Shown here in pieces: positions 47,880-59,784 of a stretch of 64,000 nucleotides of DNA. The notes under the pieces were generated by a model that was given only the letters and a program-made list of their open reading frames with translations, made no database searches and was not told the DNA's origin. The stretch comes from Octopus sinensis (Eukaryota). The stretch's first letter is position 1, and each line of letters starts with the position of its first letter. The stretch lies in the NCBI RefSeq assembly GCF_006345805.1, contig NW_021833121.1, forward strand, positions 1 to 64,000. Reading direction: 5' to 3'. A program made the translations under genes and the position numbers.

Positions 47880-50690
47880 TGTGTCCAAGAGGTATGATGA
47901 AGGGAGCCTCAGCTAGACTGCTTACAGGCAATGGGACACAGATACAAATTTTTCTGAGAGGGCAACAAAGACAGACTAAGTAGTATGGGTATTCTATTAG
48001 CAGAGAAATGAAGTATAAGGTCACTGAAGTAGTGTGATAGGATTATTAAGCTAAGAATAACCTTGGTTGATGTAATTGTGTTAGTGATCTCTGCACATGT
48101 TCCACATCAAACTCAGATACTCAGAAAGGCCACATCTGCAGACTACCTTGACAATGAAAGATGATAACATTCACATCATTGCATGAGTCTTCAATTGACA
48201 TGTTGGACAGCACTCCAATGAATTTCATGGTGAGCATGGAAGCTGTGGTTTTAGTTCCAGAACTGAGGAGGGGACAAGGTTACTGAAGTTTTGTGATGCT
48301 CATGGCTTACCAGTCTGCCACACCAAGTTCAGAAAACCTGCCAATCATATGATCACTTATCTAAAGATCCAGAGATGCAAGCTAATATAGAAAAGGATGT
48401 TGTAGAATCTCAAGGATCTTCCAAAAGGATAGAGATTTAGAGATGTCCTTAATGAAGCCTTTGATGAGAAGGGGGAAGAGATAGAGACATAAAATACAGA
48501 CAACTGAAGTTCCTACGAGACAATCTATTAAGAGCAACAGACCAAATCTGTGGTTGGAGCAAAGCCTCTGCCAGGCCAAGGTGATGTGGTGGTGGACAGT
48601 GATGTTGACAGGGGCATAAAAGAGAAGAGATAGGTCTATAAAGAATGGGATAAAAGGGCGGGAGTAGCAATTAATCATATTAGAAAGCTAAAAGGGAAGC
48701 TGGACATCAGGTTTATCTAGCTGTAGTAGATGCAGAAAAGAAGAGATTTGCCAATGTACTACAATGGGAAGATAAGAGATTTGAAGTGCTCCGAATTACC
48801 AAACAGAGTGTCAGTGAGAATCAAGATATTGTGCAAGTGTGTGCAGATGGATAATGGTATGCTTACATTTAATGATGTGGACAAGAAAGAGGTGTGGAAA
48901 AGTTACTATGGAAAACTGTTGAATGTAGAGAATGAATGTGATAAAGGGAATCTCCCTCAAGTGAAACCAACAGAGGGACCAGCTGTCCTAGTGGTCAGCA
49001 GTGTGGTAGACAAGGCAATTAAAAGCTAAGATGCTCAAAATATCTGGTAAGGTAGGATACCGGATAGTCACCTGCATAGTTAACTATGTCATTCAGGAAG
49101 ATGTAAATTCTAGTGTTTGAGGTAGCAGCATTATTGTTAGCTGCTACAACAGTAAGGGGGATGCTTTAGACAGAAGTAATTAATTATCAAACTCCTGGAC
49201 CAGGTGATGAAAATTAGAGAGTTATAGCTCAATTAATTAGAAGCATGATTAAGGTTAGATGAAATGAAGTTCAGTTTCATCTGACAGAGAAGCACTGCTG
49301 ACACTATTTTCATAGTGAGGCAACTGTAAGAGAAGTATTTAACTAAGAATAAACCATTATACTTGGCATTTGTTGATCTAGAGAAAGCTTTTGATAAAGT
49401 ATCCCACTGTGTGATATGGTGGGCTCTGAGGAGACTAGGGATAGACAAGTGGCTGGTGAAAGTTGTACAGACTATGTACAGAAACGCTGTCAATAAGGCG
49501 AGAGTTAACCATGAGTCCAGCAAAAAATTCATCAAGGCTCAGTCCTTAGTCTCCACCTTTTCATTATTGTCCTCAAGGCCATAACAGAGAAATTGAAGAC
49601 CAACAGCCCTTGGGACTACTATATACTGATGATCTTACCCACAAAACAGATTCCACATTAGAGCTAGAAGAGAAATTCCAGTTGTAGAAGCAAAATCTGG
49701 AATCTAAGAGCCTTAAGATTAACTTAATGAAGACTAAAGTCTCAGTAAGCAAGAAAACAGATGGGACCCTCCCTGCTTCAAGTAGGTGTCCCTGTTTGAT
49801 TTCTGAGAAAAGTGTAGGTAAGAACTCTATATGGTGTACCTGGTATAAGCTATGGACACACAAGAGTTGCAGTGGATCAATAGGAAGTTTATCAGAGAAG
49901 GTAATATTCATACATTGAAAATGCTATAGAGACTTAGGTTACACTATAGAGACTTAGGAAATTAATTCTCTCAAAAGTCCTGGTGGCTCATTAGAGATAG
50001 TAGGACCAGGACCAAATTAGGAGTGGAGGAGGATGCATGGAGAATGTAATATCTAGAATAAGAATAGGGTGGAGGAAATTCAGAGAGCTGTTTGTTAGCT
50101 ATGAAAGGCTTTTCTCTTCAAGTGAAAGGAAGATTGTATGGCGCGTGTACACAGACATTCTACGTGCTAGTGAGATGTAGGCCCTGAATGCAGAGGACAT
50201 GCAAAGGTTAGAGAGGAATGAGGCTGGAATGCTCTGTTGGATGTGTAATACAGCATACATATTTGACAGAGTGCTAGTGTACTGAGACAGAAGTTAAGCA
50301 TAAGAGGAATTAGATGCTCTGTGCAAGGAAGAAGACTGCATTGGTTTGGTCATGTGATGAAGAATGATGCTGACACTCCATAAAGAAGTGCCAGTCTCCC
50401 TAAGTAGACAGAACACATCAGAATGGGACAGCCAGGAAGACATGGGTACTAAAGACAACCTCAGAATGCTAAACCTTTCAGGTAAGATGACAAAGGACTG
50501 AAATGCTTGGTGCCTTGGTGTACGGAAGAAGACCCATGCTCCACAGTAGAATTGTTAATACTGGTCCCTAGAAAGGACATCCAGCCATAGTAACCATGCT
50601 AAATTAGACTAGAGCCTGGTGCAACTCTCCAGCTTGCCAGCTCTGGTCAAACTGTCCAACCCATGCCAGCATGAGTCTTCTTAAAGTGAA
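47880..50690 (+). mobile_element. Old RTE LINE, EN through 3' end
   Basis: AFVDLEKAFDKV..IWWALRRLGIDKW, PHD-region CPCLIS..SIWCTW.KLWTHKSC, and 3' UTR remnant GTCCAACCCATGCCAGCATG. Confidence 0.8.
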
Positions 50691-50869
50691 CTTAGTAGAG
50701 ACTCAGTATCTGAACTGAGAGCTGTAAGTCAGATACAGGAATGAAGGCTACAAAGACAAGGAAATCCCCTGGTTAATCAGGAATTACCACAATCATCTTC
50801 ATCATTATCACCATTCAATGTCCATTTACCAAACTGGAATGAGTCAGATGTGTCTTTTACATGGCACTC

Positions 50870-52220
50870 AGTTTGGTTAATCAGGTTGTCCACAAAAGTA
50901 TCATGCCCAACAACTGCTACAAATGTAAAGGAAAGGGCTTAGACAGAAGTAATTAGAGGCATGATATTCCTGGAGCAGGTCATGAAAGTTACAGAAAACT
51001 GTCATAATTCAACTAATTCAGAATATAGTTAACAAAGATGAGATACAATTCGTTTTTGTCCCAGGGCAACTACTGCTGATGCTATCTTCTAAGTAAAGTA
51101 ACTGCAGAAATATTTAGTCAAATATAAATCACTGTACTTAGGATATGTTGACATGGAAAGAACGTTTGACAGGGCCTGTCGTGCTCTCACTGGGTGGTCA
51201 GTATGGAAGTCAGCAACGAATATAGCAATGAATTTAGTGGGTAGGTAGGGGTTCACTAGGGGTTGATTCTCAGTCCCCACTTTTTCATCATAGTCCTTCA
51301 AGCAATAACAGAGGAGTTTAAGACTGGTTGCATGTGGGAAGCTCCTGTATCCTGATGACCTTGTTTTTATGGCTGGATTTACAGTAGCATTAAAAAAGGA
51401 ATATCAGGTGTGGAAGCAATGCTTGGAATCATAAGGCCTTAAAGTTAACTAAGCATGTCCCAAAGACTTGGTATGCAAGAAAGCAAATACGTTAATAATC
51501 TCTTCAGAGAAATAGCCTTGTTTGATATGTAGAAAAAGTGTAGATAGAAATTCCATACATTGTAGCCATTACAAGCTATAGACATAAAAGGTGTAGTCAA
51601 ATCACAGAAAAGTTACAAGAGAGAGTACTCATTGGCAGATGTGCAGATACAATAAATACTAGGAACACACAGGAAATAGATTTCCTCAAATGCTCAGGAG
51701 TACTCTTAGAGGTAGTAGATAATTTTTGTTACCTAGGTGACCTAATTAGTAGTGAAAGAGGATACCCTGAAAGCATAGTAGCTAGAATAATAACTGAGGA
51801 AAGTTCAGAAGGCTATTCTCTTGATTGTTAACAAGGGCCTCTTCCTCAGAGTGAAAGACAGATTGCACAAATGGCCATACAGCACAGTAGTGAAAAAAGG
51901 GCTGTGAATACAGAGGACATGTGAAGGTTCGAAGGAATGAAGCAAGCATGCACTGATGGATGTGCAATGTTGGTGTAAATAAACAACAAAGCAGAAATGT
52001 GATGAGAGAAAAATTCAGTATAAGAGGTATCAGGTGTAGTGTGCAAGAGAGGAGACTGCTCTGGCATGGCTACACAAATGCATATGTGTAAGGACAGCAG
52101 CATAAAGAAGTGCCAATTGCTACATGTGGATAGAACATGTGAAAGAGGAAGGCCTAGGAAGAGGTGGAACAAACTGGTAAAAAGTGACTTTCAGAAGTTG
52201 AGCCTCACAGAAGAGATGGC
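50870..52220 (+). mobile_element. Old RTE LINE, RT and thumb remnant
   Basis: Decayed matches to QFGFV, AFDR, LYADDL and the thumb (CERGRPRKRWN). Confidence 0.75.
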
Positions 52221-52654
52221 TGGCTATTTGCCATCTTCCTAACACCCACTCCCTTCACCCATATTCAGCTCTCACTGCATTCTCTTCCTCTTTATCTCCC
52301 ACTTACCTTTTGCACTCTCATGAACTTATATGCACACAATCTATCCCTGATGAATACCTCTCTTCTCCACAACACATCTTAACACTCACTCCCTCCACCT
52401 GTATTCACTCTTATTTTGCACTCTCATGAACTTAACTGCTTACTCATCCTCTCCAGTCTAATTACTACCTACTTATAACCTGATGGTACTCCAACACATC
52501 TTCACCACTTTGCTTCTCTCTTTCCTATTTCACCCGGAGTAGCCATGTATCTCCTCTACAGCAAGACACTTATTTCTGTCCCTCTCTTCATACTCTAACC
52601 TTTCATCATCTGGCGCAAAGCCACCTCCCTCAATACTACTCCCCACTCATTTAA

Positions 52655-53198
52655 GGAATTATGTAGTTGTGATACCCATGCTGGTGGCATATTGGGCCTC
52701 ACAGAGCAAATTACAAAAACCGAGACCTCTGAGATATGCTGTGACTGTGCACAGGACGACCTGCTGTGCTAACCTTGGATCGTATAGTGACCCACTGTTC
52801 TTGAGGAGACCTATTGCATCAAGTACATCAACACCAGCATCAAAATAAAAACCAAATGGAAATTGTAGTTAAGATACCCGTGCCGGTGGCACGTAAAAAG
52901 CACTATCCGAACTTGGCTGATGCCAGTGCCACCTGACTGGCTTTTGTGTCGGTGACACGTAAAAAGCACCAACTGATCGTGGCTGTTTGCCAGCCTCCCC
53001 TGGCCCCTGTGCTAGTGGCACATAAAAAGCACCCACTACACTCATAGAGTGGTTGGCGTTAGGAAGGGCATCCAGCTCTAGAAACACTGCCAGATCAGAA
53101 TGGAGCCTGGCTTCCCAGACCCCAGTCGAACCGTCCAACCCATGCTAGCAGGGAAATTTTACGTTAAACGATGATGATGATGATGATGATGATGATGA
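52655..53198 (+). mobile_element. RTE 3' end with a (GAT)n tail ending about 26 nt from the Ig exon donor
   Basis: Family 3' UTR with GGCACGTAAAAAGCAC repeats; tail at 53170-53198. Confidence 0.9.
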
Positions 53199-53224
53199 AT
53201 AAACAGAAAAAAATAATTACTTAC

Positions 53225-53527
53225 CAAATACTGTAATATTGAACATGCTTGTATGGAAACCAGAACTGCAAATAATGCTCATGTTGTCTTCATCTAAACT
53301 AATGCTGGTTATACTCAATGTGCAGATTTTCTCTTGGCAACTAGTTTCTTGACGGCTACCAAAATATGTATAATTTTGGTTTACTGTTCCAGTGTATTTA
53401 GCAATAAGTGTTCCATTTCCAGTAAACCAAAATCTTCTACCACCCTCAATATTGCATTTCAATGTGAATTTTTTATCCTTTATGGCATTTGGTGTTTCAA
53501 AACTTGGGTAAAGATTCCCATTGTCAT
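53225..53527 (-). CDS. Ig-superfamily exon (V/I-like Ig domain, 101 codons, phase 1-1)
   Basis: Acceptor TTTGTCTTTTAG| and donor G|GTAAGT; peptide DNGNLYP..FTLKCNIEGGRRFWF...CTLSITSISLDEDNMSIICSSG..FNITVF has the Cys-Trp-Cys Ig pattern and several N-x-S/T sequons; 303 nt, no stop. Confidence 0.85.
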
Positions 53528-53820
53528 CTAAAAGACAAATTATTACAAAATAAATCAAACATTATTCACCAAATGACAGAACATTTTTAATATAATAAAA
53601 CAAGGCTATTTGACTGTAGTCCATGTGTAAAAAGAAAAACAAAGAAAAAAACAATAATATGGTACAAATATAACATGTAAAGAAAAGATTTCTTTTATTC
53701 TGCAGAATACAAAACAAAATCAGCTAAAACACATTGGAAGATATTTTATGGTGTAACAGGTTAAAAAGAAAGGTTGTAAACAAGTATCACAGTAAAATAG
53801 CAAGTGACAACACAATCCTC

Positions 53821-54160
53821 CTCATCATCATCGTACTCCTCCACCTCATTGTTTAACGTCTGTTTTCCATGCTGGCATCAGTTGGACAGTTTGACTGAGG
53901 ACGCGCAAGCCAGTAGGCTGCGCCAGGCACCAATCTGATCTAGCAAGGTTTCTTCATCTGGATGCCCTTCCTAATGCTAAACACTCCAAGAGTGTAGTGG
54001 ATGCTTTTTATGTGCCACCAGCATGGGAGTCAGTCAGATAGCACTGGCATCGATCGTGATTTGGATGGTGCTTGTTACGTACCACTGGCATGGGAGCCAG
54101 TTGGGGGCACTGGCTTCAAGCATGTTTGGATGGTGCTTTTTACATACCATCGGCACATAG
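53821..54160 (-). mobile_element. RTE 3' end, inverted relative to 52655-53198
   Basis: CATCATCATC..TTTAACGTCTGTTTTCCATGCTGGCAT..GGATGCCCTTCCT..GGTGCTTTTTAC is the reverse complement of the family 3' UTR. Confidence 0.9.
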
Positions 54161-54275
54161 AGCTTTAGTAGTGTATTAATAAAAAGAAAATATCCCTCAC
54201 AAGAACATAATGTTCCTTTCCAGTAGAATAATATTGACTAGTTACATAATTAATAATCAGCCTGTCAGATCTTAC

Positions 54276-54380
54276 ATGTGTTTTTGCAGGTATGCTAAAG
54301 AACAATAATAAACCTGAAGTGAAGAATAAGTATATAGTGTATGAGTTTATTTGCAAAAAAAAAAAGGAAATAAAGACCAT
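54276..54380 (-). CDS. Possible signal-peptide exon (MVFISFFFLQINSYTIYLFFTSGLLLFFSIPAKTH)
   Basis: Acceptor TTGTTATATTTCAG| one base before ATG, hydrophobic 35-aa peptide, donor CAT|GTAAGA. It ends in phase 0 whereas the next Ig exon needs phase 1. Confidence 0.25.
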
Positions 54381-54402
54381 CCTGAAATATAACAATAGGT
54401 GC

Positions 54403-54795
54403 AGGAGTGGCTGTGTGGTAAGTAGCTTGCTTATCAACCACATAGTCCTGGGTTCAGTCCCACAGTGTGGCACCTTGGTCAAGTGTCTTTTACTATAGCC
54501 TCGGGCCAACCAAAGACTTGTGAGTGAAAACTGGAAGAAGCCCGTCATATATGTATATATATATAGGTGTGTGTGTGTGTGTAAGTTTGTGTGTCTGTGT
54601 TTGTCTCCCAACATCGCTTCACAACTGCTGCTGGTGTGTTTACATCCCTGTAAATTAGCAGTTCAGCAAAAGAGACTGATATAATAAGTACTAGGCTTTC
54701 AAAGAATGAGCTCTAGGGTTGATTTGCTCAACTAAAGACGGTGCTCCAGCATGGCCATTGTCAAATCACTAAAACAAGTAAAAGAGTAAAAGAGA
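54403..54795 (+). mobile_element. tRNA-derived SINE
   Basis: A-box-like TGGCTGTGTGG, B-box-like GGTTCAGTCC, CCTTGGTCAAGTGTC, internal (TG)n, ATAAGTACTAGG, and (GTAAAAGA)n tail. Confidence 0.85.
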
Positions 54796-55394
54796 TATCT
54801 ATCTATCTACCAACCGAAATTGCAAAGATAATCTGGAACTTGACTGAGGAAAGAAAACTCCAAATGAACCGTCCTTGTTTTCTTTGTATTGTCTATCTGG
54901 ATGTTTTGTTGTCCCTTTTTTGTATCACCTAACTGTCTGGATGTTTTGTGTTCTTGTCCCATTATGTATTTATATATATATATATACAGTATTTTGGGGC
55001 ATATAAGACACACCCCAATTTTAGTAGGCCTAATCTACAAGAAAGAAATTACAGCTAACAGAAACTAAATATCTCATACATTCATATATAGGAATCACAG
55101 AAAATTTGGACTGACATCTTTTGGTAGGTTAAGTTACGGTAATTATGTTAACACTGCCAAATATCACCACTGACCTCCACTGTTGCCATTATTGTTCATC
55201 ATTAATAATACTAATCAAGTCTACCCAAAGCCTGACATTCAGCATAGAAGGACAGGGTAATTTCTGAGGGAATTTTTAGGCAAAATGTGTGCTTTATATG
55301 CCGGAAAATATGGTATATATAAATACACACACATACCTATCAATGACAAACTTATACACATAATTTGCTTATATCTTTTAAGACTAGAAACATT

Positions 55395-55990
55395 TTGAAA
55401 ATATAATAACATTATGCAGTCAAATGTGGGACAAGTCCAGTTGTCAACAGAGTCTATCATAAATATTGCCCCACCACCTTCCTTCGACTGGGACGGTGGC
55501 TATGATGAAAGAGTGTGTATGGTGGACTTGTTTGAAAGGTTTGGAGACAAATACTTTTCTCTCTGGCCAAACTGTCATCAACTTTTTTTCAGTATTACTT
55601 GAAAAGGAAGATGAGAGTAGACAGGGAACTTTTGACTAATGAGAAGTTTAATAAAAGGTGGGTGAATGTAGCAAGGATGGTACACATGAATGATGGACCC
55701 ACTTTGAGCATGAACCTCTAAAACTAAAAAGGAAAGGGTGTTTTGCTCTCATGTTTATTTTTCTGAGGTTACAGTGTTCTTTTCATAGGCTTTTCTTTCC
55801 ATGGATAACCCTAGTCAGTGTTATATTTTTTACCTCTTTTGCAAATTTCTACTGCTAAATCGTTACCTTGTCTTCTCTCTCTGTGTATGTCTCAAAAAAT
55901 TTTCAATCCCTATTGATCGATTTTGAAAAGAAAAATTCTACATTGTATTGTCCCCCTTGTGTTTAGCCTTGTATAGCCTAATAAAGAAAT
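55395..55990 (+). mobile_element. L1/Tx1-like LINE 3' end (ORF2 C-terminus and 3' UTR)
   Basis: VAMMKECVWWT..FF.YYLKRKMRVDRE..FNKRWVNVARM..GPTLSMNL-stop across frameshifts, then a UTR ending AATAAAGAAAT at about 55980. Confidence 0.6.
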
Positions 55991-56009
55991 CTATCTTTTC
56001 TTTCAATCA

Positions 56010-56315
56010 TTAGATTATGGCCATGCTGGGGCACAACATTGAAGAATTTCAGTTGAATGAATTGATCTCAGTATCTATTGCTTTTAAGTCTGGTACTTAC
56101 TCTATTAGTCACTTTGCTGAACCGCTAAGTTATAGGGTCATACACGCACCAACATTAGTTTTCAAGTGGAAGTGATGAACAAACACATACATACATACAT
56201 ATATATGTGATGGGTTTCTTTCAATTTCTGTCAACCAGATCCACTCACAAGGCTTTGGTTGATGAGACAATACTAGAAGGTGCCACACAGTGGGACTGAA
56301 CCTGGAACCATACAA
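56010..56315 (-). mobile_element. tRNA-derived SINE
   Basis: Minus-strand GGTTCCAGGTTCAGTCCCACTGTGTGGCACC head; body matches the family of the SINE at 54403-54795. Confidence 0.75.
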
Positions 56316-56425
56316 AATCAGACTGGAGTCTGGTGCAGTGCCTCAGTTTACCAGCCCTTGTCAAACTGTCCAACCCATGCCAGCATGGACAGCAAATGTT
56401 AAATGATGATGATGATGATGATGAT
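56316..56425 (+). mobile_element. RTE 3' tail fragment
   Basis: CTGGAGTCTGGTGCAG..GTCCAACCCATGCCAGCATGG..GTTAAA followed by (TGA)n. Confidence 0.8.
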
Positions 56426-56469
56426 ATATATATATATATATATGGTGTGTTTATATATATTTAGAGACA

Positions 56470-59400
56470 CCATCATCATCATCATCATTTAACGTCCGCT
56501 TTCCATGCTAGCATGGGTTGGACGATTTGACTGAGGTCTGGTGAACCAGACTCCAATCTGATCTGGCAGAGTTTCTACAGCTGGATGCCCTTCCTAATGC
56601 CAACCACTCCCAGAGTGTAGTGGGTGCTTTTACGTGTCACTGGCACGAAGGCCAGTTTGGTGCTACTGGCAACGACCACACCCAAATGGTGCTTTTTACA
56701 TGCCACCTGCACAGGCGCCAGTCCAGGGCACTGGCGACGACCTCACTCGAATATTTCACATGCAACCAGCACAAGTGCTAGTAAGGCGACGCGGTAATGA
56801 TCACACTTGAATGGTTGCTTAACGTGCCATCGGCACGAAGGCCAGCTTGTTGCTCTGGCAACGATCTCACTTGTATGGTACTCTTAGTGCTTCACTAGCA
56901 ACAGATGCCAGTCACCGAATTTGATTTCGACTTCGATTTCACTTGCCTCAACTGGTCCTCACAAGCAGAGTTTAGTGTCCAATGAAGAAAAGGCACGTAC
57001 AAGTGGACTGGTTACACCCCTAGCATAGGCCACAAGGTTATGGTCACACTTGCACTTGCCGAGTCTTCTGCAGCACAGCATATTACCAGAGGTCCTGGTC
57101 AATGTTTGAAGGTCATGCTTCACCACCACATCCCAGGTCTTCCTGAGTCTACCTCTTCAAAAGGTTCCCTCAACTGCTAGGGTGTGGCACTTTTTCACAC
57201 AGCTGTCGACATCCATTCTCGCAGTCATTTCTCTTGCACACCACACCTGATACTTCTTAGGTCCAACCTTTCTCTCAGGGCACTAACACTCTGTCAAGTA
57301 TGCACACTGACATTACAGATCCATCGAAGTATGCTGGCTTCATTCCTTGTGAGCATACGCATATCCTCAGCAGTTACAGCCCATGTTTCACTGCCATGTA
57401 GCATGGCTATTCGTACACATGTGTCGTACAGTCTACCTTTTACTCTAAGCGAGAGGCCGTTTGTCACCAGCAGAGGTAAGAGCTCTCTGAACTTAGCCTA
57501 GGCTATTCTTATTCTGGCAGCTACACTTTCAGTGCACCCTCCCCTACTCCTGACTTGGTCACCTAGGTAACAGAAGCTATCAACTACTTCTAGTTTTTCT
57601 CCCTAGAATGTGGCGGAAGTTGTTCTCTAGACATTTTCAGTTTTATTTATAGTGCCCAAGCATCTGCCACATACGAAAGCTATCCTCCCAGTTAGCCTTC
57701 CTTTGATATTGCTGCACCTCTTATGTGTCCATAGGTTACACTGGGTACCTCTTATAGAGTTTCTACCTACGTCTTTTCTACAGATCGAACAGGGCCAACT
57801 ACCTGAAGGATTTGTGGTTTGCCTGCCTTCCTACTTAATAGGACTTTGGTTTTAGCTAGGTTGACTCTAAGGCCCTTCGATTCTCATCCTTGTTTCCACA
57901 CTTGAAACATCTCTAGTTCTGATAGTGACTCAGCAATTAGAGCAAGGTCATCAGCATAGAGGAGCTCCCAGGGGCATCCTGTCTTGAATTCCTCCGTCAT
58001 TAGGAGGGGGCTGAGGACACTCAACCTTGGTGGACCCCTACCTCTATCTGGAATTCTTCACTGTACTCGTTGCCTTACAGACAGCGTCCCTTTACATGGC
58101 TGGCACAGCTCTCATTAACCGTTCATCTATCCCTAGTTTCCTCATTGACCACCAGATAAGGGATCGGGGGACCCTGTCGAGGGCTTTCTCCATGTCAATG
58201 AAGCCCAGGTACCGGGGCTTGTCTTTGGCTAGGTATTTCTCCTGCAGCTGTCTAACCAGAAATATAGCATCAGTGGTGCTTTTCCCTGGCACGAAAGCAA
58301 ACTATATCTCATCCAAACAGATTCTTTCGCTAATTAGTTGGGCTATGACCCTCTCCGTAACCTTCATTACCTGATCCAATAGCTTGATACCTCTGTAATT
58401 ATTTGTATCTCAAGCGTCACCTTTTCCTTTGTAGCAGTTGACTATTATGCTGCTACACCAGTCGTTGGGGATGACTCCTTCGTGTATCACCTGGTTAACT
58501 ATACAGGTGACCAGGCTAATGCCGACACTGCCAGATATTTTGAGCATCTCTGCAGTAATTCCTGATGGGCCGGGGGCTTTCCCTGTTTTCATACTCTTAA
58601 TTGCTTTAACTACCAAGGTACTGTCAACTCGGATAGATGGTCCCTCTGTTGAGGCCGACAATCGGCAGTCTCTCTTTCTCCCATTCATTTTCTTTATTCA
58701 GTAACCTTTCATTGTGGCATCTCCAAACCTCTCTCTTTGCAGCCTCAATTAGTGCAAGAGAACCATCATCCATGTGGACACATTTCTCTCCTACAACATC
58801 ACGATTCTCTCTCACACAGTCTTGCAACATGAAATACCTCAAGTCTTTGGTTCTCATGGTGCAGAACATTGGTAAATTTTTTCTTATCTGCTTCCCCTCT
58901 GGCTAAATAAACCTGTCTCCTAGCTTCTCTTTTGGCAGTCTGATACGATTCCCTGCTACCACCATTCTTCCAGTCCTTCCAAGCCTGTCTCTTTTCTCTA
59001 ATAGCCCTGTCTACAACCTTATTCCACCACCACGTTATTTTGGGTCGAGAGGGGACTTTGCACCATCCACAGATCTGGTCAGTGGCTCTCAGCAGGTTGT
59101 CCCTTAGAAACCTCCAGTTGTCTTCTACCCCATGTGAAGCTATATCCCCTTCTACTTTGTCAAAGGCTTCAATTAATATGTCCCTAAATCTGTCTATTGG
59201 CAGGATCTTTAAGCTTCCAGACCCTTCTTCTCCATGTTGTTCGTCTTCTGGTCGTCCTCTTAGTCCTGATCCTAAAGTCACTAACTACCAGTCTATGTTG
59301 TGGGGTACATTCTTCACCTAGGAAGGTTTTGGCATTTATAAGCAGCCATCTTTCCCTTTTCCTGGCAAGGATGGAGTCAATTTGGCTAGTATGTCGGCCC

Positions 59401-59730
59401 GATCGGTAGGTAATTAGGTGGCTGGTAGCTTTCCTGAAGTTAGTTTTGCAAACCATAAGATCATTTGCATCGCAGAACTCCAGCAGCCTGGTTCCCTCTT
59501 CATTGCGGGAGACATAACCGTAGCCTCCATGTACACCATGGAAGCCCCCAGCATGTTGTCCAACATGCCCAATGGAGTCACCAGCCACAAAGAGAAGGTC
59601 TCTGTTGTTCATCAACGAGGTAGTCTGCAGCAGGGTGTCATAGAATCAGTCTTTCTGTCCATGGGGTAGTCTCGGATGAGGGGCATAGGCCGATATAATG
59701 GTTGCTAATCCATGATGAAGCGCTAATCTA
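56470..59730 (-). mobile_element. RTE LINE (dominant family), long copy from mid-EN to (GAT)n tail
   Basis: ORFs 59184-59615 (GDSIGHVG..SQIDSIL), 58799-59281, 58410-58688 and 58092-58292; PHD region at about 57665-57800; tail at 56470-56487. Confidence 0.95.
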
Positions 59731-59784
59731 ATCCCATATATATATATATATATTATATATATATATATATATCATATATATATA

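Noticed and set aside
54841-54875. Another hammerhead-like remnant (CTGAGGA..CTCCAAATGAACCGTC)
   Set aside because: Lacks the GAAA core G and stem I; too degraded to call.
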